Below are positions 1 through 11,026 of a stretch of DNA of 32,505 nucleotides, in pieces. The DNA lies in NCBI GenBank assembly GCA_022813865.1, contig JALDZX010000035.1:186001-218505 (forward strand). The letters run 5' to 3'. Position 1 is the first letter of the stretch; every line of letters begins with the position of its first letter. Under the pieces are notes generated by a model that had not been told where the DNA came from, searched no databases, and saw only the letters and a list, made by a program, of their open reading frames with translations. A program made the translations under genes and the position numbers. Origin of the DNA: Xylographa opegraphella. Its lineage: Eukaryota.

Positions 1-577
1 GTTCAACGAGGAACAACAGCGTCTTGAGCTCATAAAGCTCAAGGAAGAGGCCGATCGTGAGGGTAAGAAACTGTCGAAGACCAATTCCGAGAAGCTTAAC
101 CGCTTTACTGAGGCAGAGTCTCGTCCACTGATAAAGATGAAGAATGATACCGGTATCATGTGGGGTATGTGGTACATCTAGATGTTCCCCATGGATCCTA
201 ATACCTACGACTTTCTTGAATGACCTGCGGGACTACTTAGCGAGTGCAGCTTTTCTCCATATGTTTTGCATCTGGTTTGCCTTGCTAGCATGGGCAATGT
301 TGATTTTCGGCTCTGCAGACCGTTTTACGAGATTTTCGTGTCTCTCTCTGATCTTAACTGGGGAGTTCAGTCTTTGATCTCCTTCGGTACATGTCAAACT
401 CTTGTCTGATATCCATCACTTTTTCAACACAGCCCGTAGCAACGGCTCAATATTCTCATACACTCTAGACTACAGGCTCGGCCTTTTGCTGCTAATTCCT
501 GCACTACTTACACCTGCTCAGGCGAGCTCCGTTCGATGGAGAACAGGTCTCAAACACATTACTTGGAGGCTAGCTAG
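1..577 (+). CDS. 3' end of an unidentified protein-coding gene (exons <1-164 and probably 522-577)
   Basis: The frame is open from position 2 (FNEEQQRLELIKLKEEADREGKKLSKTNSEKLNRFTEAESRPLIKMKNDTGIMW) to a GTATGT donor at 165. Branch GCTAAT (491) and a CAG acceptor (521) give an in-frame ending GELRSMENRSQTHYLEAS*. Family not recognised; the last exon is inferred. Confidence 0.6.
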
Positions 578-818
578 CAAGCTGCTCTTCAGCTCTTTGC
601 ACTTCTCTCTTTCCTAGGATGGACCATTCTCACACCGACCAGCTGTTGGAGTGGAATCGGACTTTCTCGATGGTCTCGGAGAGTGGGGGCTGAGGATGCA
701 TATGGGGCCTCAAAAGTGCTTTTTGCTTTTGCTCTTGCTCATTTTGCTTTGAAGAAATGCTGGGGTTTACAGACTTGGTTTCACATAGAAGAAAACATAT
801 ATCTTAGAAAAACAATCA

Positions 819-1592
819 CAAAAAAATTATGAAAAGATTGCAGGTCCCGGTGGGTGGTGTGATGGTTTCTGGTGTGGTGTGTAGTGTTTCAGTGAATCAA
901 GTTCTTCACGGTGACCAGGACTCATGAAGGGTAGAGTTGTTACATGAGGCTTCACAAGAACTCGAGCACTGACATCAGTGCAAGGAGAAGTCTGTCGCCT
1001 GACCGGTGAGCCTGCTACCTGCCCTCCCATTACATAAGTCAGCCAGCCAGCCAATCTCTCCCCACCCTTCCTCGAACTCATCACTGCAAACCCATCTCAA
1101 ATAGCTTCCCGCCTAGTTCAGCTCGTCATGGAGACGCGCAGAGACTGCACTGGGTAGGTTTGTCTGTGTGTCGAGGAAGAGGGGAAGAAGGGAGGAGTGG
1201 GGAGGGGCATTCTGTTTGGGGTTTGAGTGGTTGTGAGGAGGGTAGGTGGGTGTGGAAAGCAAAGAGTGGACGGAGTAACGACGCACATAGTAGGCTAGAC
1301 GGGCGCTCGCGCAGTTGGCGGGTAGATGGGCTGGGAGGGGGTGAGAGGTCCCGGGCGAGGATAAAGGGGGAGGAGGTAGATGCAGGACAACGAGATAGGG
1401 GACAGGGCACTGGTATACACTCGACACCGCCTCTCGGTCTCGAGTGCACCGCTGTGCGAGCTTGGGATTTACCCTGTATGCCGAAACAGGTTATAAAGGC
1501 GAAGGAATGCAGGGCAGTGCGAACACCAGCTCCGAAAGACGGACGAACGGTTCCGATAGCACGGGATGAGTTGCATTGACAAGATACCGTGC
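819..1592 (-). ncRNA. Candidate large structured RNA (or structured distal 3' UTR of cmkB), family unidentified
   Basis: Nested complementary blocks are visible by eye: 840-851/1002-1015, hairpin 889-972, arm 1056-1116/1295-1375, junction 1409-1530 and hairpin 1559-1592. Several pairs are G-U on the minus strand but would be A-C mismatches on the plus strand. AATTTTTTTG lies at the minus-strand 3' end. No credible ORF. Confidence 0.4.
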
Positions 1593-1911
1593 AGCAAGTA
1601 CTTTTTGTAGCGCGCAAGCCTCGTCGGAAACCCAGCAGCTAAAAAGCTTCAGGATTTCAGAAACGATAGGCAGCGTACCGCTGGCTGGAATACAGTGTCG
1701 ATAGACATAAAAACGCCAGAGGGCCGCCCAAACGCCGTGCATGCCAGTGATACCGAACCAAGCCAGCTCGCACCCCCATGGAATCCATGTCGTGACGTGT
1801 CGTACGGGCATAGCGCAGTAGCAGGGGCGACATACCCCGACATGCATCCCCGATCCGGCCGACTCCCATATCGAGTGAAATTACAGCATCGACGAAGCCA
1901 TCAGCTCCTCC

Positions 1912-3309
1912 TCACCCCGCCGCTCGCCCGTTCCACAGCCCCCGCGCCGTCTCCTGCACCTTGCGCGTCTGCGCTTGTATCTGCGCCTCCGTCTGGCCAC
2001 GGCCATGGCCTCGGCTGTCGACCTCCATCGCATCGCCCCCTTGCCCCACGACTCTGTCTTCCTCGCTCCTCGTCGGCTCCCTGCTCGAGGCTCCGTTCAT
2101 CATCCCCACCGCTCCGCCCTCTCTCAATTTGTTGATTGCCCTAATGGTATCGATCGCGGCGTGCAGCGTCCGCCGCGCATTGAAGTTCTTTTTCACCACG
2201 GGCAACAGATCTTCGCCGGAGCCGCTGGCGCTCGCGGCATATTCGGCTGTGGGGTGGATCCATGGGTGGGAGAGGGCGGCATGAGAGGTCATGCGAGCGG
2301 TGGGATCGATCGTTAGGCAGCGTTTGATGAAGTCGCGGGCAGCTACGGAGACGCCGCGCCAGTATTCGAGAGGGGTGAAGGAGTAATCGGCTACCAGGAT
2401 AGCTTGCATCTCTTCGAGGTTCGAGTCCCGGTCGAATGGGGTGTAGCCGCACAAGAGAAAATAGGTAATGACGCCGATGGCCCAGACATCGCTTGTAACT
2501 CGTTAGCGCAAACGCCAATGTGACGCACAAGTACTCTAGATAGAGCGAGTGCGGCGAGACTTACACAGGCTTTCCGTGACCGGACTTCTTAAATATCTCG
2601 GGAGCCATGTAGCCCGGCGTACCGCACGTTGTGGTCAGAACGTGAAAAGCCTCTTCGTCCATTATCCGGGAGAGACCAAAGTCGGCGATGAGGAGGTCGG
2701 CATTGTCTTCAGGGGTGCGAAAGAGTAGATTCTCCGGCTTGAGATCACGGTGTACGATACCGTGGTCGTGAAGGTAGGCAACCGCGGAGAGGGTCGCGCG
2801 AATAAGGTCTGCGGCGTCGGATTCGTAATAGCTTCCTTTCCTACATATGCGGTCAAAGAGCTCACCGCCGAGAGCGAGATCAGTGACGAGATAGACTGTT
2901 GGTGGGGATGGGTCAGTAATGTTCCTGAGACCTAACGAGAGTTGACACACGGTTATTCATAGTCTCGAAGTAATCAACCAGCGTTAGAATGTTCTGGTGG
3001 CCCATTGATACTCTCTTCAGGACAGCGATCTCGTTCCGGACCTGTGGAGCAGTCGCGCAAGTCAGTCATTATGCGCTGCTTGTGGATCGACCACCGTATC
3101 TCAACATAGAGTGGGTATCACACCATATGCTCCCTGCCAGCCATCATTCTCTTGTTGATAACCTTCGCAGCATAGTATCTTCCGGTATCTATATGTACAC
3201 ACTCTTTCACGACCGAGTACGACCCGGCGCCGAGGGTCTTGCCGGTCTTATAGCGACAAGGCTGTATTTGAGGCTTCGGCGGCTGCCCATTCTGCCCTTG
3301 CGCGGTCAT
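1912..3309 (-). CDS. cmkB: Ca2+/calmodulin-dependent protein kinase, CmkB/CaMK-I type, 395 aa; exons 3309-3124, 3041-2951, 2895-2565, 2491-1912
   Basis: N-terminus QPCRYKTGKTLGAGSYSVVKECVHIDTGRYYAAK, HRDLKPEN, DFG, TTCGTPGYMAPE and the C-terminal CaM-binding segment FNARRTLHAAIDTIRAINKL. Three GT-AG introns; 1188 nt in frame. Confidence 0.95.
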
Positions 3310-3677
3310 GTCCTCGGAACTGGTCGCACAATGCGACCGTGAAGGTCCAGTTAACAAGATTGGCGTGCGATTCCTGTTGACAATAATGGGAAAAGTGGGA
3401 GATAAGATCAGCTTTCGCGGGGCAGTGGGGGCTGGATCCTTCGTGCTGTCTGCTCGTGACTACCCAATCGTTGGTGGTGTGTGATACGAATTGCGGAAAG
3501 CTTGCTGGTGACAGCGCAGTGGGATTCGGTCAATATCCAGGACAGGCAGACTTCTAGCCGTGCTGGATATTGCTGGCATTCAGTCGTTCCAATTGGACTT
3601 GATACCATGTGCTGCAAGGCCCGAGTGGGGGGCCAAGCTTGTAAGCGCTAGTCGATTGCGGAGCCGAGATTCACGCT

Positions 3678-3709
3678 GAGATAGGGCGAGATAGGGCGAG
3701 ATAGGGCGA
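3678..3709. repeat. Perfect 10-bp tandem repeat (GAGATAGGGC)x3
   Basis: Read directly: gagatagggc gagatagggc gagatagggc ga, ~370 bp upstream of the cmkB ATG. Confidence 0.95.
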
Positions 3710-3857
3710 ACAATCAAGAGGGAGGATTGTTGAACGGCTGTGAATCTATAAATCTAGTATATGAAAGGCCTTTATATGCGTGATGCTATAAGACATGGGT
3801 ATCTCTCTATTTGCTTCCCTATCTTGCTCAGGTACAGACGTGCCCACTTGCCCCTTG

Positions 3858-4841
3858 TTACTCTTTTGTCCTCGAGTCCGCCCAAGTTCTCCACTCCCTA
3901 TATTGTGAATATGCTAAGGTGGTAGCCTGGCCTTCATACCTAACGCACTTTAGGTCTCCGACTTTCTTCCAATCGCTTGACCTCCCGGACCACCCAGCCT
4001 TCCTCATGAGACTTATTATTGTCTCTTCTCTGCTCCATCCTTGAGCCACTGCGACCTCTGGTAGATAGGTGGCCCCGTAGTGCCGTCCATGGTAAGAGAA
4101 GGAAATCTTGATCCCATGAGTCCCTACGTTCCATTCAAGAGGCCCCGAGCAGGGCGTAAAATTCATGAGGAGCGTGACGCTAGTGGATAACGTGGGAAGC
4201 TCCTGAAGGCTGATCGGTGAAAAGCGGGAGTCCTCGAAGGCTCTTTCAAGTGGCATCAGCACTCTTCTGAAAACTCCAAGCGGCAGAACTCACGATGTTA
4301 TGGCGTAGGACCTAATTCCTTCCGATAAAGGCATAGCATTGAACGTTCCAATGCATCCACGTAGGGACTTATGTCCACGAGAGTTGATCGTGTTCCACGT
4401 CACGAATAGCGGGTATTCCTCCTCCTTGGGTGGTGCTGGCTGTTGCTTGTGGCCGAAAGAAAAGAAGGAAGACTTGGAAGACGATTTGGACGTACTGTCC
4501 ACTGCAGCTTGGGATGAAGTCGTAGATTGGGTTGACGGTGTTGACGAGCCGGTCGTGGGCGATGAGATACGGAGACCCGAAATACTCGAGGGTTGTAATG
4601 ATGAAGTATCGCGCTCTATGGACTCAAGCTTGACCTCATGGTGGCCCTCATCCTCATCATGCTCATCTTCCGTCATCTCCATATCGTAGTTATCGAATTC
4701 CTCTCCATCATCTTCGGCTTGGGTAGAATTGCCGTATCTTGACCACAAGACTTCCACCTGACTCAGTGTCAAAGCTTCTCTCCTTTCGAGGCTAGCAGCC
4801 AGAACTTCGAAGCAGTACACGGCGTATGCAGTGGTAGCCAT
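3858..4841 (-). CDS. AMMECR1: AMMECR1-domain protein, 310 aa; exons 4841-4294, 4242-3858
   Basis: YPLFVTW...LRGCIGTF signature, [19 protein letters not shown] and ATYLPEVA. One GTGAGT..AAG intron; 933 nt in frame. Confidence 0.93.
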
Positions 4842-5314
4842 TGAAAACACTGGAAATCGCGATCATTTAAATTTGTGATAGGACTGGAAGCCGATATGGC
4901 ATATGCTTGGTAAGCAAATGTATTGATCAGTAAATGCTTGCGGCTTTTCGCAGTCACACGGACACGTAAGACAGGAGCAGAGGGCTTCGGGCCTGCAGAG
5001 TAAGTGATGCTGCTGCGTTGCTTCGGAAGGGCAACAACAAATTTCACTTGCTGGTAGAACAACGCCGCTCGGGTCAGCGTGAGGAGAGAGAGACGGCGGC
5101 GAGCAATGTCTCTCTGTCCTTCGCCTTGACGTCGACCGGGTTGTCGTACCTAGTCATATTGTGCAAGGTTGTGCAACCCACCTATGACATAAATACATGG
5201 GGCTGCCGAGGCTGATCATGTACGAAATATATTACATCATCTCGAAGCGTTTTCCCGAGATCAGATCACACACAACCTGAACCGCACACAAAGAAGTGTT
5301 TGCTCTACAAGAGG

Positions 5315-8084
5315 CTACATACTGCCATCTCGACTTACACTCCGACTCACATTCCTGCTTACACTCTGACTTCTGCTTTGGCCACCATTCATGCTGGCCG
5401 TGACCATTCCCCTAACCCCAAAGACCTCTCCTGCCCAGTCTCCAAAAGTGTCCGCATCCCAGACATCATCTTCACGGCTTTTTCCCTTCTTTCCCACCCT
5501 GGCACCGGTGGCCCGCTTACCCGCCGCAAACCATTCATAGAAATTCTCGTAATTCATGACCACCTGATTTTGCACGGCCCCAATTAGGGTTTCCTTCGTC
5601 CGCAAGTCATCAAGGTATTCATCAAGTTTACGCCGGAGAAGCGGAACCTCCTGAGCTGTCAGCTCCTGCGTCTTTTGCAAGGCAAGGGTAGCATCGAAGT
5701 TCTTCTTGCTGCGTGCGTTTTCGTTGGTGGGATGGGTCATTCGCTCCGCAGCGGAGGTCGTGAAATCGTTGATGACGGTCCGCAGTCTTCCATCCAGCTC
5801 AACTTTTGCATCAAGCATGTTTTCCACTACGCGTGGTAAAAGTCCGCCACCAACGAACCGCCAGAGGTTGCGAGGATCGAAAAGGCCACCACGGTCTCGT
5901 AGTTCATAGAACGTATTGGTCACACCGGAAAAATCGAACGAAACATCGGGGGTGACATACTCAATGTCAAAGGCGACGATCTGCTGTTTCAGGAGCAGAA
6001 GGTATTTGAGCAGGAAGAGTTGTGCATCCGTTGTCGTGGAACGACTAGCAATGAGCATGGACGCCCGATGAAGTGAGAGAGTAGTTTGATGAACAATCTC
6101 ATGGGCCAGATCGTCGAAGACGGCGGACTGAGATTGACTTATCAGCATAGTATCGCACTTGTTACTATCAGAACACGACTCACGTTGACCAACCGACAAA
6201 TACGGCTTAGTAACCAAATAGCTTTTCGCAACGTTGGGTACCAGCCTTGAAATGTCGCTTCTGCGTCGAAACCGTATCGAGCACTTGGAGTATCGCTTTC
6301 TTCGACGGTGACTGGATCTTTGGGTGTCGAGATCCCGGTTATAGAACCTTTACGGCCAGAGGTGACTGGTCCATTGTGCTTGAAACCAGGTAAGGTCACC
6401 TGCTTATTGCGGGTTGGGTAATCCAAATCTTCTGGTTTCGGCTTGTAATTTTCAATCTCATCCCGCAATATTGCCTGTGTACGGAATACCAGCCTCGTCT
6501 GAGCATCTTCGAGGGCGGACTGAATTAGTGTCGAAAAGTCGAGCTGGTTCAGGTCAACGATCTCAAGTTCCTCGTCCTGATCTCGCATGTATCGGGTCTG
6601 CAAGAGTGTGCAAAGCTCACACAGCTTCAGTAACTGATTCTCGTGAATGATCCGTGGTCGAAGATGGTCATATAATGGTTCGCAAACAGACTCGAGAAAG
6701 TCATACAGTCCATCTTCTCCTTCGAACCAATCACGCCAGAGCTCATGCTCATCAGAGCAAACTCCCTTAACATAACTAATACTATTGCGTGCAAAAGCAA
6801 CGAGATCTTTTGATGTGCTTGGTGCTTGCGCAATGTCCGCTATTTTCTTAGCAACAAGTGGGATCACCAGCCTTCCCCTCGTTGCAGAATAACTAGTATA
6901 AAGCTCATTCATCAGACTCTGGTATTCGGCCTCAACCCCCGGCTCCGCTCCTTCGGGAATGATTGCTCTTTTCTGAATTTCACGTACTGTTTCTTTGAGC
7001 TCCGAGGCCCCAACACGGAATTTCGCGTAGAGCAAAGCCGACATGGTTGTGTCATTTAATTGACCATCAGCTATTCTCCGGGTAACATCTTGTGCTATAT
7101 CTCGAAGCGCACCAACGAAATGAACCCGAATCAATGTCAAACCCCTTGTTAGGAGGAGACGATACCTCGCTCTGTAAGTAGCTGCCTCTCTCTGCAATGG
7201 CTGTACCAGTATTAGCGTTGAGAAGTACAGAAAGTCCAAATTCACAAAATTCTTACATGAGAAGACATATAAACTAGACACTCATCGAGACGCGCCAACA
7301 TATCAGAGAATTCCCTGCCCCGAACGAAGTTACCTGCCCCAGGTGCACTGAGCCTTCGCGTAATTGGCTCAAGATAGCTATAATACTGTAGATTCTCGCC
7401 GATATCATCAGCAAGCCGAGTGACACGATGTTGTTCTACTACAAGATCTTCGCACTGTTTCTGGAATGCAGTAGTCTGCGCTTCAACCGACCCGAAGGAT
7501 TGAGATAACGAGGAAAGGATATCGAGAGTGGCACTCGTTGTTGAAGATAATGACTCTAGATAAGTCTCGGTAAGTTCAAGCTGGTCTTGGTATGCACTGT
7601 CAGGCAAGATTTAGCCTATGGATACATGTAGTTGTACAAGGACATTTGCCTATAATCGATGTGGCTTGCTTCAAGGAGATCATCCTCGATACTCTGATAC
7701 CATTCGCCGAATTCAAGATCGTCTCTGATCTCATCGGCTTTCTTGCTGTCGTGGCCGTCCGAGGTGGACTTCGTCCGAAGTACTGCTCGAACCGCATGAT
7801 GAAAATCCGTGTACGATTGAGCTCGGCGGTTCAAAGTCGCCTTGGGCGGGCTGTGAGCCTCTTGATGGTTCCGCGCAGTCGTAGTCCCATCTGTCAAGCT
7901 CTCGTTAGCTTGAGCGCCTTCCTACAAGTAAGATCAGACAATGTTTGGGTATATGTAATTACGATGAGCTTACGTTAGGCTGTGCTAGCAAAGAGGTCTT
8001 CCGCCTGTGTCTTGTATGCGCAGCTTTCTCTCCAGGGGCATATGCGCTGGGCGTGAATGCATAGTATGATGCATCATCATACAT
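5315..8084 (-). CDS. COG3: Conserved oligomeric Golgi complex subunit 3 (Sec34), 850 aa; exons 8084-7974, 7921-7650, 7596-7257, 7200-6184, 6127-5315
   Basis: Sec34-type blocks: LQYYSYLEPITRRL, DAQTRLVFRTQ, WYPTLRKAIWLLSRI, FDDLAHEIVH and DAQLFLLKYLLLLKQQIVAFDIEY. The five exons total 2553 nt in frame, with intron 2 modelled using a GC donor. Confidence 0.93.
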
Positions 8085-8255
8085 AATCAATCAATGCACA
8101 TTGAAAAGCTGTCGTAGTCGCGCATTGAGTGGATAGGTAGTCTTTGAGCTCTGAGGTTGAACATTGGCAAACAATGCAAACAGCTCAAAAGTCTGGAGTG
8201 CGCGCTGATACTAATATGTAGATATAGGTCGGAATTCTTTTAAGAACATTATACG

Positions 8256-9496
8256 ATGATTATACGGCGTTCTTTATTGAAACAAGGTGTGTTTGACTCG
8301 AGATATTGGCCTCATATAATCTTGCTGATCTCAAGTACATAGGTTGGCTGCTCCACCGAATTTCTCCCAGATCATGGTCGAGATCTCTCGCGACCGAGGT
8401 CGATACCATAGAAGCCTCTGTTGAAAACAGTCTGAAGGAGACGCATTCGATTGAGTCACTGATTCAAGACCACACATCAAACCCTGTTCCTCGTATAGAC
8501 CATCGAACCCATCGTACTTTCGACCCCAAGATAAACGAAACCGTTCGCAAGCATCTTGTGATCAAGCACCAACGTAATCAATACTCCCTCGTTCGTTATA
8601 GGTTAACAACTAATGATTACTGTTTTACAGATGAAGTAGAACGTAACTTTGGCGGTGAAGTCGCGCCACACTACCAGCCGCATCAACTCATTACGAACCC
8701 TCCATCGCCATCGCAGATAACTCTCGAACTCCTCCTTGCCTCTCAATCCCACCTTGGCCATTCAACTTCCTTATGGAATCCCATGAACTCACGGTATATA
8801 TTTGGTATCCGGCAAGGCATTCATATTATATCACTGGATGTCACCGCCTCCCATCTTCGCCGAGCCTGTCGAATCGTGTCAGGGGTAGCTGAGCGGGCGG
8901 GCTTGATCCTGTTCGTTGGCAATCGGCCAGGCCAAGATCGATGCGTTGTTAATGCAGCCAGGCTAGCTGGTGGATGCCATTTGTTCGAGAGATGGATACC
9001 AGGCAGTATCACGAACGGGAACCAGATATTAGGAGGATGTCAAAAGAAGGTGGTGGATGAGCATGATAATGAGATCGCGGGCCACGACGACGATCTCATA
9101 GATCAGCCAGCACTCAAGCCGGATCTTGTCGTTTGTCTGAATCCGTTGGAGAACTGGGTCATGCTACACGAGTGCGGCTTGAACAACATTCCCACAATTG
9201 GTATTATTGATACGGATGCGGATCCATCGTGGGTCACCTACCCTATTCCAGCCAACGATGATAGTCTGCGGTGTGTACAGGTGATCGCGGGTGTTTTGGG
9301 CAAAGCCGGCGAAGAGGGCCAGCTGCGGAGAATGGAGAAAGCCAAGAAGGGAGAGATTTCCTACACACCGGTGGATCTCGGTGAAGACGACGAAGAAGAT
9401 GATGCCGAAGACGATCATGAGGAGTTGATCGACGAGATTGCAACAGAGGCGGGAGTGCTGATAGAGGAAGAGGATGCTCGAAACTCTGTCGCATAA
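8256..9496 (+). CDS. MRP4: Mitochondrial ribosomal protein uS2m; exons 8256-8286, 8343-8573, 8631-9496
   Basis: Ribosomal S2 motifs: LLASQSHLGH, YIFGIRQGIHII, RWIPGSITN, KPDLVVCLNP, IPTIGIIDTDADP and YPIPANDDS. Basic presequence-like start MIIRRSLLKQG. Confidence 0.92.
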
Positions 9497-9663
9497 ATAA
9501 GGAAATTGTAGAGGTCTAAGGTAAGCTATGACATGCTGTCGATGTAAAAAGATTGTTGTATTGCCACGGCAAGTTCGCATGTTGAGTGCTGGACTATCTA
9601 CAGGTCAGATCTGCAAGGATCTTCTATAATGAACTATATCGTTATACAGTATTCGCAAGCCTT

Positions 9664-11026
9664 TCATCCAAGGACCCTCATAGTTGCCTCGACCCTGAAA
9701 CGTGTTAGCACCGCGACCACCAAAACCCTTTATGAAAAGAACAAGACTCACACAGCAAAAGTCCCCGCACTAACAGGCATCGCCCTCAACAACGTGGGTC
9801 CAATGCCCTTCCAGAAGCCTCTCATTCCCTCCCCCCTATACGTCTGTGCGAAGCAATCTCTCATCCCCTTATACCGCATATCCTTTCCGAAGCCATCACT
9901 CTGCATCTTGCTCTTCACCACATCAAATGGGTAGCTCGCCAACCACAGTGCCTCTCCCGCCAAGCCACCATACCCCGCCACCTTCAAGCTCGAGATCTCC
10001 TTCCGCTCGATTCCATTTCTCGCAGCGTCCGCATTCATCAGGTACTCGAACGTGAGAAACCAAACCCCGTAGGCTTGCGCTTCCCGCAGTACTGTGACTG
10101 CTTCGCCGCGGTAGAGGCCTTTAAGAACGCCTTCGTGGGCGGAGAGCTTGCGAATGCAGTCGATGGGGCCGTTATACAACCGGGCAGCGCCATGAGGTTG
10201 TGTTTGCAGGCGAATACGGACGTGCTCGATGGGACCGGAAATAACGGAGTTGGCAACACCGGCAAAAGCGCCGGACAGATAGTACTGGCCATAAGAAAGA
10301 CCAGGAATGAGGGAGCCAGAAGCGGTATTGGAGGCTTCGAAACGCCGCCGGGCCCAGTGGAAGGCGCCAAATTGTATGGATACCTGGCTTGTGAGAGTTG
10401 TATCAAGTCAAATGAAGAAGTCGATACTTACGCAAGCGCCGATTCCGATTAAGGGGGTTAGAGTGCCCTGACATGTTCAGAAGATGTTCAGGAGAGTTGT
10501 CTACAAGAATATAATCAAATCACCGTACCTTGTAGAAGGCTGCCGGACCCTCATCCTTGAAGATCCTGGTCGCGCACTCCAATGCATTCGGGTACTGTGA
10601 AGAGGTCTGTAGGCGGACTTTGACAATGTCTGCATACCATTCCATTCAGAATCTAATCCCAGCTGTGGGAAGCCGCGGCTTACCAAATGGCTGCCCTATA
10701 TTCAAACCGAAATCAGTTATTGTTGGCATAAAATTGTACGAGAAGAAGAAAAGCTTAACAGATTGTCAGGGACGGGAACGTAAAGTGCATAGAGGTAAAT
10801 CGACAAAGTGATGCTTTCGACTTAATTCTTCTCATCTAAAAAAATTCTATTGAGCAAGGAGTTGAGATCCTGAGAAACGCGGCACAACAGATCCTGATGG
10901 AAGACAACAATGCTGCTTTCAAAACTGACCAAGCAAGACCTGAGCGATGCCACCAGCAGCACCGGCGAAGAGGTCCTTGAATGTACGCTGTAGCGATCCT
11001 TGTTCGATCTCCGCTGGTCCAGCCAT
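9664..11026 (-). CDS. YMC1: Mitochondrial carrier (SLC25), YMC1/carnitine-acylcarnitine carrier-like, 302 aa; exons 11026-10930, 10695-10684, 10629-10529, 10467-10432, 10383-9752, 9694-9664
   Basis: Three carrier signatures PFDIVKVRLQ, PIEHVRIRLQ and PFDVVKSKMQ, plus FYKGTLTPLIGIGACVSIQFG. Six exons, including a 12-nt microexon, total 909 nt in frame. Confidence 0.9.

Noticed and set aside
840..1592. Assigning the structured region to snR30/U17, U1, U3, U4 or telomerase RNA
   Set aside because: Only isolated fragments match (AAACCAT, TTGCACTG, GTGATGA..CTGA, CA-rich tract). The required partner motifs and a TAACCCTAA template were not found.
827..1617. Short ORFs on both strands in the 827-1617 gap
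   Set aside because: Low-complexity Pro/Ser or Gly/Arg translations, mostly non-ATG starts, and no recognisable motifs. RNA structure explains the region better.
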